Below are positions 28,520-37,148 of a stretch of 64,000 nucleotides of DNA, piece by piece (position 1 is the stretch's first letter; each line of letters opens with the position of its first letter). The notes under the pieces are model-generated. The model was not told the DNA's origin. It saw only the letters and a list, made by a program, of their open reading frames with translations, and searched no databases. The translations under genes were made by a program, and so were the position numbers. Where the stretch lies: the sequence record NZ_CP118944.1. One strand, given 5' to 3'. This stretch comes from a plasmid.

Positions 28520-29663
28520 ACATTTTGTTAAATTTCACCCAGTTTTTTGAGACCGCATTGAGTACCGTTTCCAGATATTCACTGCTCATTCCTGCGATTT
28601 TTTGCTTCCGTCTTACGCTCGCCTTGCGTGAAGTCTCGGCCCTGAGCATGTTCAGCCCCATGTGCCGGATGCACGCCAAAATCTCTGCGGCATCACCGCG
28701 ATAAATCGGGCAATCATCCTCGCCCATCGTGACGTCCAGCACCCAGTGCAGGCTATTTTCGATGGCCCAGTGCCCACGCACCGCTCGCGCAAACTCATCC
28801 TGCACCAACGCTTTGGAACTGATGAAATAACGCTGCTCTATGGTAATTTTTTGCATATTTTCAACGCGATAGGAGATGGCCACGCCAATGCTGTGCAACT
28901 GTTTCCAATGAGGAAACTGGGCGGCCAACTCGCCCGCCGCCATGACATGGTACTCACGACCATCGATGCGGCCATGAGCCTTCTCAAGCGTCATCGTCTC
29001 TGCGCATAACGGGGTGGCCGCCAGCGGGGCGAGGGCCTGTCGAACCGCCTCGAACAACTTGGGTTGGTTGCCTTTGACGGCCAATAAGTAATCGCCACCT
29101 TGCTGAAGGATGGTCTCGGCGATCTCGGTCTGGCACCCCATCGCATCGATGGATACCAGGCAGCCTTTGATGTCGAGCAGCGCCAGCAACTCGGGAATAG
29201 CGGTAATTTCATTGGACTTGGCGTCGGTTTTTATCTGTCCGAGCACCAGCTTATTGGCGGCGGCATAGGCACTGACCATGTGAATGGTCGACGTTCGATC
29301 CTCACGGTCATAGGAACTGCGCAGGGTTTTGCCATCGATAGCGACCAGGGCGCCATCGGTGTGCTGGTTAATGGCTTGAGTCCACCGCACAAAGGCGGCC
29401 TGAAACGGCTCTGGTTTGATGCCGGAGATGATCCTGGCAATGGTGTCATGGACAGGAATGCCGTTTTTAAACAGTCCCTTGGATTGAAACCAGGGAAGAT
29501 GAACCTCGCCGAAATCCTCAATATCTTCCCAGCCCTCAGCCCCGCCGATCACGGCACAGACGGTGAGAAACAGGACATCGTAGAAGGGATAATAAATCTT
29601 GGCATGCTGGCGAGGGTCGTGAATATTGTCGAAGAACTGAGCGAAAACGGCATCAATAGACAT
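28488..29663 (-). CDS. ISAs1-family (H-repeat-associated type) transposase
   Basis: Start at MSIDAVFAQFFDNIHDPRQ... The ORF reads through the left IS end into flanking DNA (last 5 codons RHHE* lie outside the IS). Family assignment is by recognition of the N-terminal and DDE regions. Confidence 0.75.
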   Translation of the reverse strand: MSIDAVFAQFFDNIHDPRQHAKIYYPFYDVLFLTVCAVIGGAEGWEDIEDFGEVHLPWFQSKGLFKNGIPVHDTIARIISGIKPEPFQAAFVRWTQAINQHTDGALVAIDGKTLRSSYDREDRTSTIHMVSAYAAANKLVLGQIKTDAKSNEITAIPELLALLDIKGCLVSIDAMGCQTEIAETILQQGGDYLLAVKGNQPKLFEAVRQALAPLAATPLCAETMTLEKAHGRIDGREYHVMAAGELAAQFPHWKQLHSIGVAISYRVENMQKITIEQRYFISSKALVQDEFARAVRGHWAIENSLHWVLDVTMGEDDCPIYRGDAAEILACIRHMGLNMLRAETSRKASVRRKQKIAGMSSEYLETVLNAVSKNWVKFNKMFTLSPWRHHE

Positions 29664-29944
29664 GAGAGCACTCCTGAAAAGGAGCATGAGATCACAGCCG
29701 GATCACCAGGTCAAATTTCAGGGTGAGGATGTGAGCAAATTGTTAACTATGGAAATCATGGAAATTATCATTTTTTGGATTTCATGCGCATTTTTTGAGC
29801 TGAAATGACGTGCAGTGACGATTAAAAAGTGTGAAGGCGATCCTGACTATAAAGTTAACTGCATATCACAGGCCTATAAGTATTTGTTTTGTAGGCAAAA
29901 AACTATTTTTAATTTTTAACAAAATGTTCACGATCTCGCCCTGG
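28503..29944 (-). mobile_element. ISAs1-family insertion sequence (1442 bp) with 8-bp target-site duplication TGGTGACG
   Basis: Terminal inverted repeats CCAGGGTGAGAGCGTGAACATTTTGTTAA (left) and rc CCAGGGCGAGATCGTGAACATTTTGTTAA (right). Direct repeats TGGTGACG at 28495-28502 and 29945-29952. Confidence 0.7.
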
Positions 29945-30027
29945 TGGTGACGCCAAGCGTTAGCATTACCTGGAAGGGTCAATACAGGCATCTGACCTGC
30001 CACTTGGCAGGCCAGAGAGAGTAAAGA

Positions 30028-30090
30028 CTGGGCTTTGAGGCGGGGCATCTTTGCGCTGCGACGAACAAGCCAGCAGGCAAGCGCAGCGCG
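30028..30090 (-). repeat. REP-like repeat, copy 2 (reverse orientation)
   Basis: Reverse complement reads cgcttgcctgctggcttgttcgtcgcagcgcaaagatgccccgcctcaaagccc. An adjacent hairpin cctgcca-ctt-ggcagg lies at ~30008. Confidence 0.45.
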
Positions 30091-30107
30091 GCAGAAACCG
30101 GTTGTGG

Positions 30108-30554
30108 TTAACATTGGCTTCTAACATGTGCGCATGTTCTCTTGATGCGTACCTTATTGTATTCAGATACGAGACGCCTGGCGCGGTCTCTTTGATTCAG
30201 GTAAATGAGCTCAATAATCACTAAAGGGATCAAATAGATGAAAAAGGCCGCTGTGCTCTGTTCTTTAACTTGTGTCAAGGGACCTGTGATAACCAAGAAT
30301 AAATATAGTGCGCAGGTAAAGAAGAACGTTATAAAGCAACATAATGATATCATCATTTGATAATTCACTGCCGCGAGGTTGTGCCTATTTGCCTTGATAT
30401 ATTTAGCAAGTTTCAATTTATTATATCTGAAGGCTTTTTTCATCTTGTGTTTGAAAAACAAGAATACGCGAGAAACAATCCAGGCAAAGAATAATGGGAA
30501 GCCCATGTTAAACCACCAGGCAGGGCTACTGAAATTTATAGCTATTTCATTCAT
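30108..30554 (-). CDS. orphan low-GC integral membrane protein (149 aa, ~3 TM), hypothetical
   Basis: Start at MNEIAINFSSPAWWFNMGFPLFFAWIVSRVFLFF, with GGAGA 8 nt upstream. Hydrophobic stretches present. Strongly AT-rich relative to the flanks. The ORF-track version (30782) adds an Arg-rich GC-rich leader that is probably spurious. Confidence 0.5.
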   Translation of the reverse strand: MNEIAINFSSPAWWFNMGFPLFFAWIVSRVFLFFKHKMKKAFRYNKLKLAKYIKANRHNLAAVNYQMMISLCCFITFFFTCALYLFLVITGPLTQVKEQSTAAFFIYLIPLVIIELIYLNQRDRARRLVSEYNKVRIKRTCAHVRSQC

Positions 30555-30652
30555 GCATAATATCTCCATGTCGGTGCAATACTGCGCTTTTTGAATCGCT
30601 AGATTAGCAGGATCGACATTGCAACTCGAATAGTCAAAAACGAACAAGGGGA

Positions 30653-31077
30653 TGGGCATGACCGCAAGCGGTCGCGCTGTCATGCTGCGCATCGAGTCGG
30701 CGAACTGATGCCGTCTCGACCCTTCGGGTTTCCATCGCTCATGCCTACGCCTCTGCGAGGCTGCGCGCTCCGCTTGCCGCACCCGTGGCCAGCTCCATCG
30801 CGATGTCTTGCCCCTCTAAGCCCTTCACCGCCAGTCAATCTACACGCCCGGTCGTTGTGACCAGTGTTCGCGCTGCCGCCCTCCTCACCCGTTCGCACTC
30901 TCTTCGTTCGCTTGCGCTGCGGCTTGCGGGGGCGCACTGGTCTCGCCTCCCTTGGTGCGTGTTGATTTCCCTCTTCGCGGCGAAGAACTCAGAGAGGCAA
31001 ATCAAATCAAGCAACGCAGTAAAGAGCCACGGGCGCTGAACACCTAGAGCGCAGCTCAGAATCTAGAGACGCAAATG
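30653..31077 (+). repeat. ~425-bp direct repeat, copy 1 (candidate leading-region single-strand promoter/Frpo-like element)
   Basis: gggcatgaccgcaagcggtcgcgctgtcatgc...gcgctgaacacctagagcgcagctcagaatctagagacgcaaatgg. Copy 2 at 34808-35200 + 36359-36390 is ~85-90% identical by eye. Lies immediately upstream of the 31114 gene. Confidence 0.6.
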
Positions 31078-31113
31078 GGCTCAACCCCCAACACACCATC
31101 AGGAGAGGCAATC

Positions 31114-33171
31114 ATGAGTGCAACCATCATCACCATGGAAGAGTTCAAAACAGCAGCACAACAAGCCGAGCTGGCCGCCCGGTTTGTCCGCCGCCCGGTG
31201 TCTGTGCAGGTGCTCTGGTCCGAGTCTGACGCATGGGAGGCAGATCAGCTCCTCAGTTTTGGCGAGTTTGAAGCCCAGGCGCTGGCCGTGGCCATGGCTC
31301 ACGCCGCTGGCGGGTATCTCAAAACCAAAATCACGGTCACCTTTGATGATGGTAAAACCTACACGGCCCGCATTGACCTGGCTGCAGGCGATGAGCTCTG
31401 CTTTGCCCATCACTGCGCGGCCATGCTGCGCCATTACGAGACCGCCGAGGGCCGCGAATATTACGGCAGCATGGGGCCGGATGCGCTCGCATTGATCGAG
31501 TTTGTCCAGGGCGTGGATTTTGGCCGCGCCGGTCAGCTTATCGATGAGATGGAACAAACCGCCGCACTCGCCGTTACGCTGGCCAAAGAACAAGCCGCCG
31601 CACAGGCTGCCGCCAATGAGCAAGCCGCGAAGCAGGCGTTTAACGCTGACATTGAGCGTCTCGCCAGTGCCCAGGAATACGCCCATTTGACCCGGATTGG
31701 TCGGGCTGGCGCGAAAGAGGTGGCCAAAAACATTCGCGCCGACCTGAAAAAGGCATGGCCTGCCGTGAAATTTTCCGTGCGCTGCGAGCGTGGCGGCTGG
31801 TCTTCGAGTGTGCGCGTGAGTTGGACGGATGGCCCCACCGTGGCAGAGGTTGACGCTCTGGTTAACCGTTACGAGGGCGGGCGTTTCAATGGCATGACCG
31901 ATTGTTACGAGCACAATGCCAGCCCGTTTAACGAGGTGTTTGGTTACGTTGATTACCTTTTTACCTCCCGTGACCGCTCTCCCGCACTGGATACCCTGGC
32001 TAAGGCCGTGATCTTGCAGGAAACCGGTGTGGCGGTCACCAGAGATGAAAACCAGCTCATCGAGGGGGAATTTGCCCTGACCCTGATGCACCGCGCTTGC
32101 TATCGCATTGGCATCACTCACACCGGGTACCAGCTGGATGGTCAGCCATGGACACCTGCCAGCGAGTCGGAACAGCCAGACATGGCCCCCGTTACCCAGC
32201 TGCAGCCCGCCAGCATTGAGCCCAAGCCCACATTTCGTGCCCATCGCGTGGCCGATGGCTGGACGGTGTCGATCTCGCAGGGCGACCAGCTTCACCGCTT
32301 TGAGGGGCTCCAGGCGCACAGCTTTGCCGAGGCTTGCCGCGTGGCCTGGGCATTGCTGATGCAGACCACCCCACCGGATGATGATCCCGACGGTGGTCAA
32401 CCGCTGCCGGTGGCGCCGGTCGCCGAGCCGGTCAATCAGACCATGCAGGGGGGCGAGGCCCCCACTCCTACCCGTGCCGCGCTGCTGGGTGACTATCAGG
32501 GCCGTGTCGAAGCAAAGCGCGAGCGCCTCGAGGGGCGAGCAGGAAAGGCCCAAGACGAAAGCGCTGGCCGTCATGCCGCCGTGCGTTCCATCCTCAGCTG
32601 GATTGTGCCGGGTCAGCCGATCCTGGTGGGCCACCATAGTGAATGGCGACACCGTCGCGATCTGGCCCGGGTCGATCACCACATGGGGCAGGCGGTTGCA
32701 TTGGCCAGGAAAGCCGAGCACCTGGCGCAACGCGCCGAAGCGGTCGGCCAGGGCGGGATCGCCAGCGATGATCCCGACGCGCTGGCGCAGCTGCAAGGCA
32801 AGTTGGCCAAGCAGGAAGCCAGGCAACAAGCTATGAAGGACGCCAACAGGGCAAAGCGCAGCACTTACCAGGCATGGCAGCTCAGTAACAACGGGGCGGA
32901 GATCCGCCGCTTGCGCCAACGTATCGAGCAGCTAAGGGCGTTGCACAGCGCTGCACCGATCGAGCAGGCAGGGCAGGGCTGGCGCATGTTCGAGGATGAT
33001 GGGCGCATTCAGATCCATTTTGACGGCAAGCCCGCCGCAGCGTTGCGCCAGCTGTGCAAGGGGGCCGGGTTCGTCTGGTCGCCCAGCCGCTGCGCCTGGG
33101 TGCGCAAAGTGACCGCCCGAGCCGTCCGGGAGGCCCGTCGATTGGCTGGCGCATTGCCTGCAGAGGATTAA
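31114..33171 (+). CDS. large leading-region protein (685 aa), polyvalent/DUF3560-like C-terminus (GHHSE motif), function unknown, candidate anti-defence
   Basis: Start at internal Met MSATIITMEEF, with AGGAGAGG 5 nt upstream. Ala/Gln linker AAAQAAANEQAAKQA. Motif FSVRCERGGWSSSVRVSWTDGPT. C-terminal ILVGHHSEWRHRRD. The antisense 606-aa ORF was rejected. Confidence 0.55.
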   Translation: MSATIITMEEFKTAAQQAELAARFVRRPVSVQVLWSESDAWEADQLLSFGEFEAQALAVAMAHAAGGYLKTKITVTFDDGKTYTARIDLAAGDELCFAHHCAAMLRHYETAEGREYYGSMGPDALALIEFVQGVDFGRAGQLIDEMEQTAALAVTLAKEQAAAQAAANEQAAKQAFNADIERLASAQEYAHLTRIGRAGAKEVAKNIRADLKKAWPAVKFSVRCERGGWSSSVRVSWTDGPTVAEVDALVNRYEGGRFNGMTDCYEHNASPFNEVFGYVDYLFTSRDRSPALDTLAKAVILQETGVAVTRDENQLIEGEFALTLMHRACYRIGITHTGYQLDGQPWTPASESEQPDMAPVTQLQPASIEPKPTFRAHRVADGWTVSISQGDQLHRFEGLQAHSFAEACRVAWALLMQTTPPDDDPDGGQPLPVAPVAEPVNQTMQGGEAPTPTRAALLGDYQGRVEAKRERLEGRAGKAQDESAGRHAAVRSILSWIVPGQPILVGHHSEWRHRRDLARVDHHMGQAVALARKAEHLAQRAEAVGQGGIASDDPDALAQLQGKLAKQEARQQAMKDANRAKRSTYQAWQLSNNGAEIRRLRQRIEQLRALHSAAPIEQAGQGWRMFEDDGRIQIHFDGKPAAALRQLCKGAGFVWSPSRCAWVRKVTARAVREARRLAGALPAED

Positions 33172-33568
33172 CCCCTGTGCCTTCTCATCAGCCCCGGCTT
33201 GCTGGGGCTTTCCCCTATAGACAAGGCTGGGCGCTCGCGCCCGCTCTTTGTTGCTGCCGGGTGACTACCGTTGGTTCTGCCCCCTGGTGCCTCCTGGCAC
33301 GTTGTGGGGATAACCGTTTCTGAATAGAAGTGCAAAGCCCTGCCCCGAAAACCCTGCTGCCCTCTGCCATCGTGCAATGCCCCGCATTGCGGGACGCAAA
33401 CAGCCTTCAAGCGGCTTTCGCGGCATATCCTCGCCGCGAAAAGCATACGGCTGCGGTATTCCACGTCCGCTTGACCCGCTGCGATGCATTGCGTGTTGGC
33501 CTCGGGCAGCAGGGAATGGCAACCATCCCGGAGACCTCCTGCCGCCCTTCTATGACGAGGCCAATACC

Positions 33569-34213
33569 ATGTCACGATTCATGTTGGGTGATAGCGTTCA
33601 GATCATGTCTACGTTTCCAGATGCTGCAGTGGACTTCATTTTGACCGATCCGCCGTACCTGGTCGGATTTAAAGACCGCTCCGGGCGATCGATTGCCAAT
33701 GACGTTAATGATGAATGGGTGCTGCCTGCCTTTACGCAGATGTATCGGGTGTTAAAGCCCCACTCGCTGGCGGTGAGTTTCTACGGCTGGAACCGGGTCG
33801 ATACCTTTATGGCCGCCTGGAAGCAGGCCGGGTTTCGGGTTGTCGGTCATCTGGTGTTCACCAAGTCCTATGCGTCCAAAGCGGCCTTTGTCGGCTATCG
33901 CCATGAATGCGCTTACCTGCTCGCCAAAGGCCGTCCCCAGGTGCCCGCGCAGCCGTTGCCGGATGTGATGCCCTGGGCCTACTCAGGTAATCGACACCAT
34001 CCCACCGAGAAGCCGGTGAGCGCGTTGCAGCCCCTGATAGAGTCATTTACCCGTCCGGGTGACATTGTGCTCGACCCGTTCGCAGGCTCCGGCTCTACGT
34101 GTGTGGCGGCGGCCAAGTGTGGGCGGCGCTATATAGGGATCGAGTTGCTGCCGCATTATCACCAGGCAGGGTTAAACCGACTGAATCTGGCCAATGGACT
34201 GCGGGCCGCATAG
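33569..34213 (+). CDS. orphan N6-adenine/N4-cytosine-type DNA methyltransferase (YhdJ/Dam-like beta-class)
   Basis: Start at MSRFMLGDSVQIMSTFPDAAVDFILTDPPY (motif IV DPPY). Later ...HPTEKPVSALQPLIESFTRPGDIVLDPFAGSGST (motif I FxGxG). No adjacent restriction gene. Confidence 0.75.
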   Translation: MSRFMLGDSVQIMSTFPDAAVDFILTDPPYLVGFKDRSGRSIANDVNDEWVLPAFTQMYRVLKPHSLAVSFYGWNRVDTFMAAWKQAGFRVVGHLVFTKSYASKAAFVGYRHECAYLLAKGRPQVPAQPLPDVMPWAYSGNRHHPTEKPVSALQPLIESFTRPGDIVLDPFAGSGSTCVAAAKCGRRYIGIELLPHYHQAGLNRLNLANGLRAA

Positions 34214-34227
34214 GGGAGGGGAAGAAG

Positions 34228-34467
34228 ATGCGAGAACTTGAAACACGGTTAGGCGACATGGCAAAGCAAGCCCTTGAACTGCTCAAGACCATGGAGGCGG
34301 TCAGAATGGAGGCCAACGAGGCAAGGTTGGCAGGGACAGGCGTCGAGCCCGTTGAGCGGTTGTTGCTCCACCTGATCATCGAGGAAGAGGGGGCCGTGCG
34401 GTCGGTAGCGAGAAATCTGGCAACCTGGCAGCACTTGACCTGTCATCAACCCGAGTCAGTCGAATGA
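34228..34467 (+). CDS. small hypothetical protein (79 aa)
   Basis: Internal Met MRELETRLGDMAKQALELLKTMEAVRMEANE with GGGGAGGGGAAGAAG upstream. The longer ORF-track form overlaps the MTase 3' end. Confidence 0.35.
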   Translation: MRELETRLGDMAKQALELLKTMEAVRMEANEARLAGTGVEPVERLLLHLIIEEEGAVRSVARNLATWQHLTCHQPESVE

Positions 34468-34600
34468 CATCGATTTACCCAAGCCTCAGCCTTCGGCTGC
34501 GGCTTGGCCGCCTTACAGGCGGTTAGGCTCCGGGGGCTGTTCCTTCAATATCACTTTTTAAGCCTGGTGCTTGCTCGATGGTGTGACCGGGTGAATCATC

Positions 34601-34755
34601 CTGGTCTGCTGGGTCTGCTGGGTCTGCTGGGTCTGCTGGGTCTGCTGGGTCTGCTGGGTCTGCTGGGTCTGCTGGGTCTGCTGGGTCTGCTGGGTCTGCT
34701 GGGTCTGCTGGGTCTGCTGGGTCTGCTGGGTCTGCTGGGTCTGCTGGGTCTGCTC
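34601..34755. repeat. tandem repeat, 9-bp unit CTGGGTCTG x ~17
   Basis: cctggtctg ctgggtctg ... read directly. Three overlapping ORFs (LLGLLG/PADPAD/QTQQTQ) are repeat artefacts. Confidence 0.85.
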
Positions 34756-35200
34756 TCCCCTTATCAATCAAATGCCGTTTTTGATGGTTCAATTTTACAA
34801 AATGACTTGGGCATGACCGCGAGCGGTCGCGCTGTCATGCTTCGCATCGAGTCAGCGAAAAGATGCTGTCTCGCCCCTTCGGGTTTCCATCGCTCATGCC
34901 TACGCCTCTGCGAGGCTGCGCGCTCCGCTTGCCGCACCCATGGCCAGCTTCATCGCTCTGCCTTGCCCCTCTAAGCCCTTCACCGCCAGGCAAATTAACA
35001 CGCCGGTCGCCGCTGCCAGTGTTCGCTTCGCCATCTCCTCACCCGTTCGCACTCTCTTCGTTCGCTTGCGCTGCGGCTTGCGGGGATGCACAGGCATCGT
35101 CTCCCTTGTCGCGTGTTGTTTCCCTTTCTTGCGGCGAAGAACTCAGAGAGGCAAATCAAATCAAGCAACGCAGTAAAGAGCCACGGGCGCTGAAAACCTA

Positions 35201-36358
35201 AATAGCTGTTCCGAATAGTAGATCACCGGAGGAAGGGAACTCAGTCCAGTTTGTGCGATCTGATTAGTCGCTAAACAAAACAAGCCACACCCAAAGGACT
35301 GAGTTGATGCCTATCCTACCACCTCTGCCACGACCACAACGGCGCCGCATTCACAAAATCATCCATGCCACCCGTGATAAAGGACATGCTCGTCGCTTGA
35401 TGGCCATCTTGCTGTTACATGAAGGACGCACGATCACCGATGTTCATCACCTTACCGGCGCTGCGCGCTCGACCATCGGTCGTTGGCTTCGGTGGTATCG
35501 AGATGAAGGCATAGATGCGCTAGAAGCCTTACCGGCTGGCCGTGCCCCAGTCTTACCTATCGCCAAGATTGTCACCCTACTGGTGCTGCTCATGCAGTTT
35601 TCTCCGCAAGATTTTGGTTATCAGCGCAGCCGTTGGTGTACTGAACTATTGGCTATAAAAATCAATCGGTTAACAGGGCTCAATGTGGCAGCCTCCACGC
35701 TCCGCCGATGGTTACCTCGTATGGGCATTGTCTGGCGCAGGCCCGTGCCGACCTTGCGGATAAAAGACCCAGCCTATCAGGAAAAAATGGCGAATATCGA
35801 CGCCGCGCTGGCCCGCTGTGATGCCGATAATCCGGTGTTTTATGAGGATGAAGTCGATATAGACCTCAATCCCAAATTAGGAGCCGACTGGATGTTCAGA
35901 GCGCAGCAAAAGCGGGTTGTCACACCGGGGCAGAATGCCAAGCATTATCTGGCAGGCGTTCTCCACGCAGGCAACGGAAGGGTACTTTACGTCAGCGGGA
36001 TCAAGAAAAACTCATCGCTGTTTATTGCCATGCTGGAAAAGCTGCGCCACCACTACCGACGAGCCAAAACCATCACGTTGATCCTCGATAACTACATCAT
36101 TCACAAAAGCAAACAGACCGAGCGATGGTTGAAGAAGAATCCCAAGTTCTGCCTGGTGTTCCAGCCAGTTTACAGCCCTTGGGTTAATCACATAGAACGG
36201 CTATGGCACAAGTTACATGAAACCATCACGCGCAATCATCAATGCAGAGGGATGGCAAACCTGCTGGCCCGAGTGAAACACTTCATGGATACCGTGTCTC
36301 CTTTCCCGGGGAATGGCTATGGCACAGCGAAGGTGTAGCACTATTGGGATCAGTTATT
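35201..36358 (+). mobile_element. IS630-family insertion sequence, copy B (identical to copy A)
   Basis: Same terminal inverted repeats and transposase ORF as copy A. TA at 35199-35200 and 36359-36360. Confidence 0.8.
35304..36338 (+). CDS. IS630-family transposase (344 aa), copy B
   Basis: Identical translation to 12593..13627. Confidence 0.85.
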   Translation: MMPILPPLPRPQRRRIHKIIHATRDKGHARRLMAILLLHEGRTITDVHHLTGAARSTIGRWLRWYRDEGIDALEALPAGRAPVLPIAKIVTLLVLLMQFSPQDFGYQRSRWCTELLAIKINRLTGLNVAASTLRRWLPRMGIVWRRPVPTLRIKDPAYQEKMANIDAALARCDADNPVFYEDEVDIDLNPKLGADWMFRAQQKRVVTPGQNAKHYLAGVLHAGNGRVLYVSGIKKNSSLFIAMLEKLRHHYRRAKTITLILDNYIIHKSKQTERWLKKNPKFCLVFQPVYSPWVNHIERLWHKLHETITRNHQCRGMANLLARVKHFMDTVSPFPGNGYGTAKV

Positions 36359-36411
36359 TAGAGCGCAGCTCAGAATCTAGAAAGGCAAATGGCAAAAACA
36401 AGGGGCAAATA

Positions 36412-36693
36412 ATGGGCACAAGAAATATTCAGACCGGTTTTTATGCTTTGCAGTTTGGCAGTTGGCAAAGTTTTGAGGAAGCCGTTAGATGTGGGGCTGA
36501 CTATTTGATTATGGATGGTATATCAATCAATGACAGTTCATCTATTAGCATGGTAATTGATTCGTTATGGATGGCAGAGGCATTAATAAAAGCAATTGGT
36601 GCTAAAGATGATTGGAAAATCATTTATTGGGATGGTTCACGCGTTTTTGAGAGCGACGAAATTGTAAATATATACAACGAGCTAATGGCATAA
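36412..36693 (+). CDS. small leading-region protein (93 aa), hypothetical
   Basis: Start at MGTRNIQTGFYALQFGSWQ, 22 bp after the repeat copy 2 end. Low GC. Confidence 0.4.
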   Translation: MGTRNIQTGFYALQFGSWQSFEEAVRCGADYLIMDGISINDSSSISMVIDSLWMAEALIKAIGAKDDWKIIYWDGSRVFESDEIVNIYNELMA

Positions 36694-36716
36694 ATCCAGC
36701 GCTGGGGTAATCAATT

Positions 36717-37079
36717 ATGAATGAATATGATATTCAGTCTCTCATTTACATCTGCATCAGTATTGATAATAACGTGCGCATGTTACGCGGTAAGCAAATC
36801 GCGGGAATTATTCACAGCGGCGGATATGAAATGTGTGAAGGTTGCCCCGGTGGCATGGTTGAAACAACCTATTGGGCAATGAATGATGCGTTTCCCATCC
36901 TCAAGGAATTAGCAGAAAAGACCCATATCGAAATGGTTGGCACACCGTGGCTTTATGAGGTGTGCGAGGAGTATGGAACCGCCATTATTGATTATGTCAA
37001 AGAGTCTGGCAGATGGCCGACAAATGAAGAATTAATTGTGCTCGCAGGTAAGGCGATTGCGGCGGCGCAGTGGCATTAA
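36717..37079 (+). CDS. small leading-region protein (120 aa), hypothetical
   Basis: ORF-track ORF. Cys cluster CEGCPGG. Low GC. Confidence 0.45.
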   Translation: MNEYDIQSLIYICISIDNNVRMLRGKQIAGIIHSGGYEMCEGCPGGMVETTYWAMNDAFPILKELAEKTHIEMVGTPWLYEVCEEYGTAIIDYVKESGRWPTNEELIVLAGKAIAAAQWH

Positions 37080-37148
37080 AATTCAGGCAACAAAAACCAT
37101 CAATGTATAACGGTCTGGGAGTGGCCCAGACCTAACAAGGGGTGATGT

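Larger units (their letters stand above)
34808..36390 (+). repeat. ~425-bp direct repeat, copy 2, interrupted by IS630 copy B at a TA
   Basis: 34808-35200 aligns to copy 1 up to ...gcgctgaaaaccta. After the IS, 36361-36390 (gagcgcagctcagaatctagaaaggcaaatgg) continues the alignment. Confidence 0.6.

Noticed and set aside
30555-30782. N-terminal 76-aa Arg-rich extension of ORF 30108..30782
   Set aside because: It is GC-rich while the membrane-protein gene is very AT-rich, lies within the 425-bp repeat, and there is a good SD-ATG at 30554.
31099-32919. 606-aa antisense ORF opposite the 685-aa leading-region gene
   Set aside because: It is Ala/Gly/Leu/Arg-rich, as expected for the antisense frame of GC-rich coding DNA, and has no ribosome-binding site. 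The sense ORF has a strong Shine-Dalgarno sequence, domain-like motifs and is collinear with the downstream + strand genes.
34504-34974. ORFs 34504..34974(+), 34523..34792(-), 34558..34767(-) translating as LLGLLG..., PADPAD..., QTQQTQ...
   Set aside because: All three are generated by the same 9-bp x17 tandem repeat read in different frames and strands. There are no start-context signals and no plausible protein.
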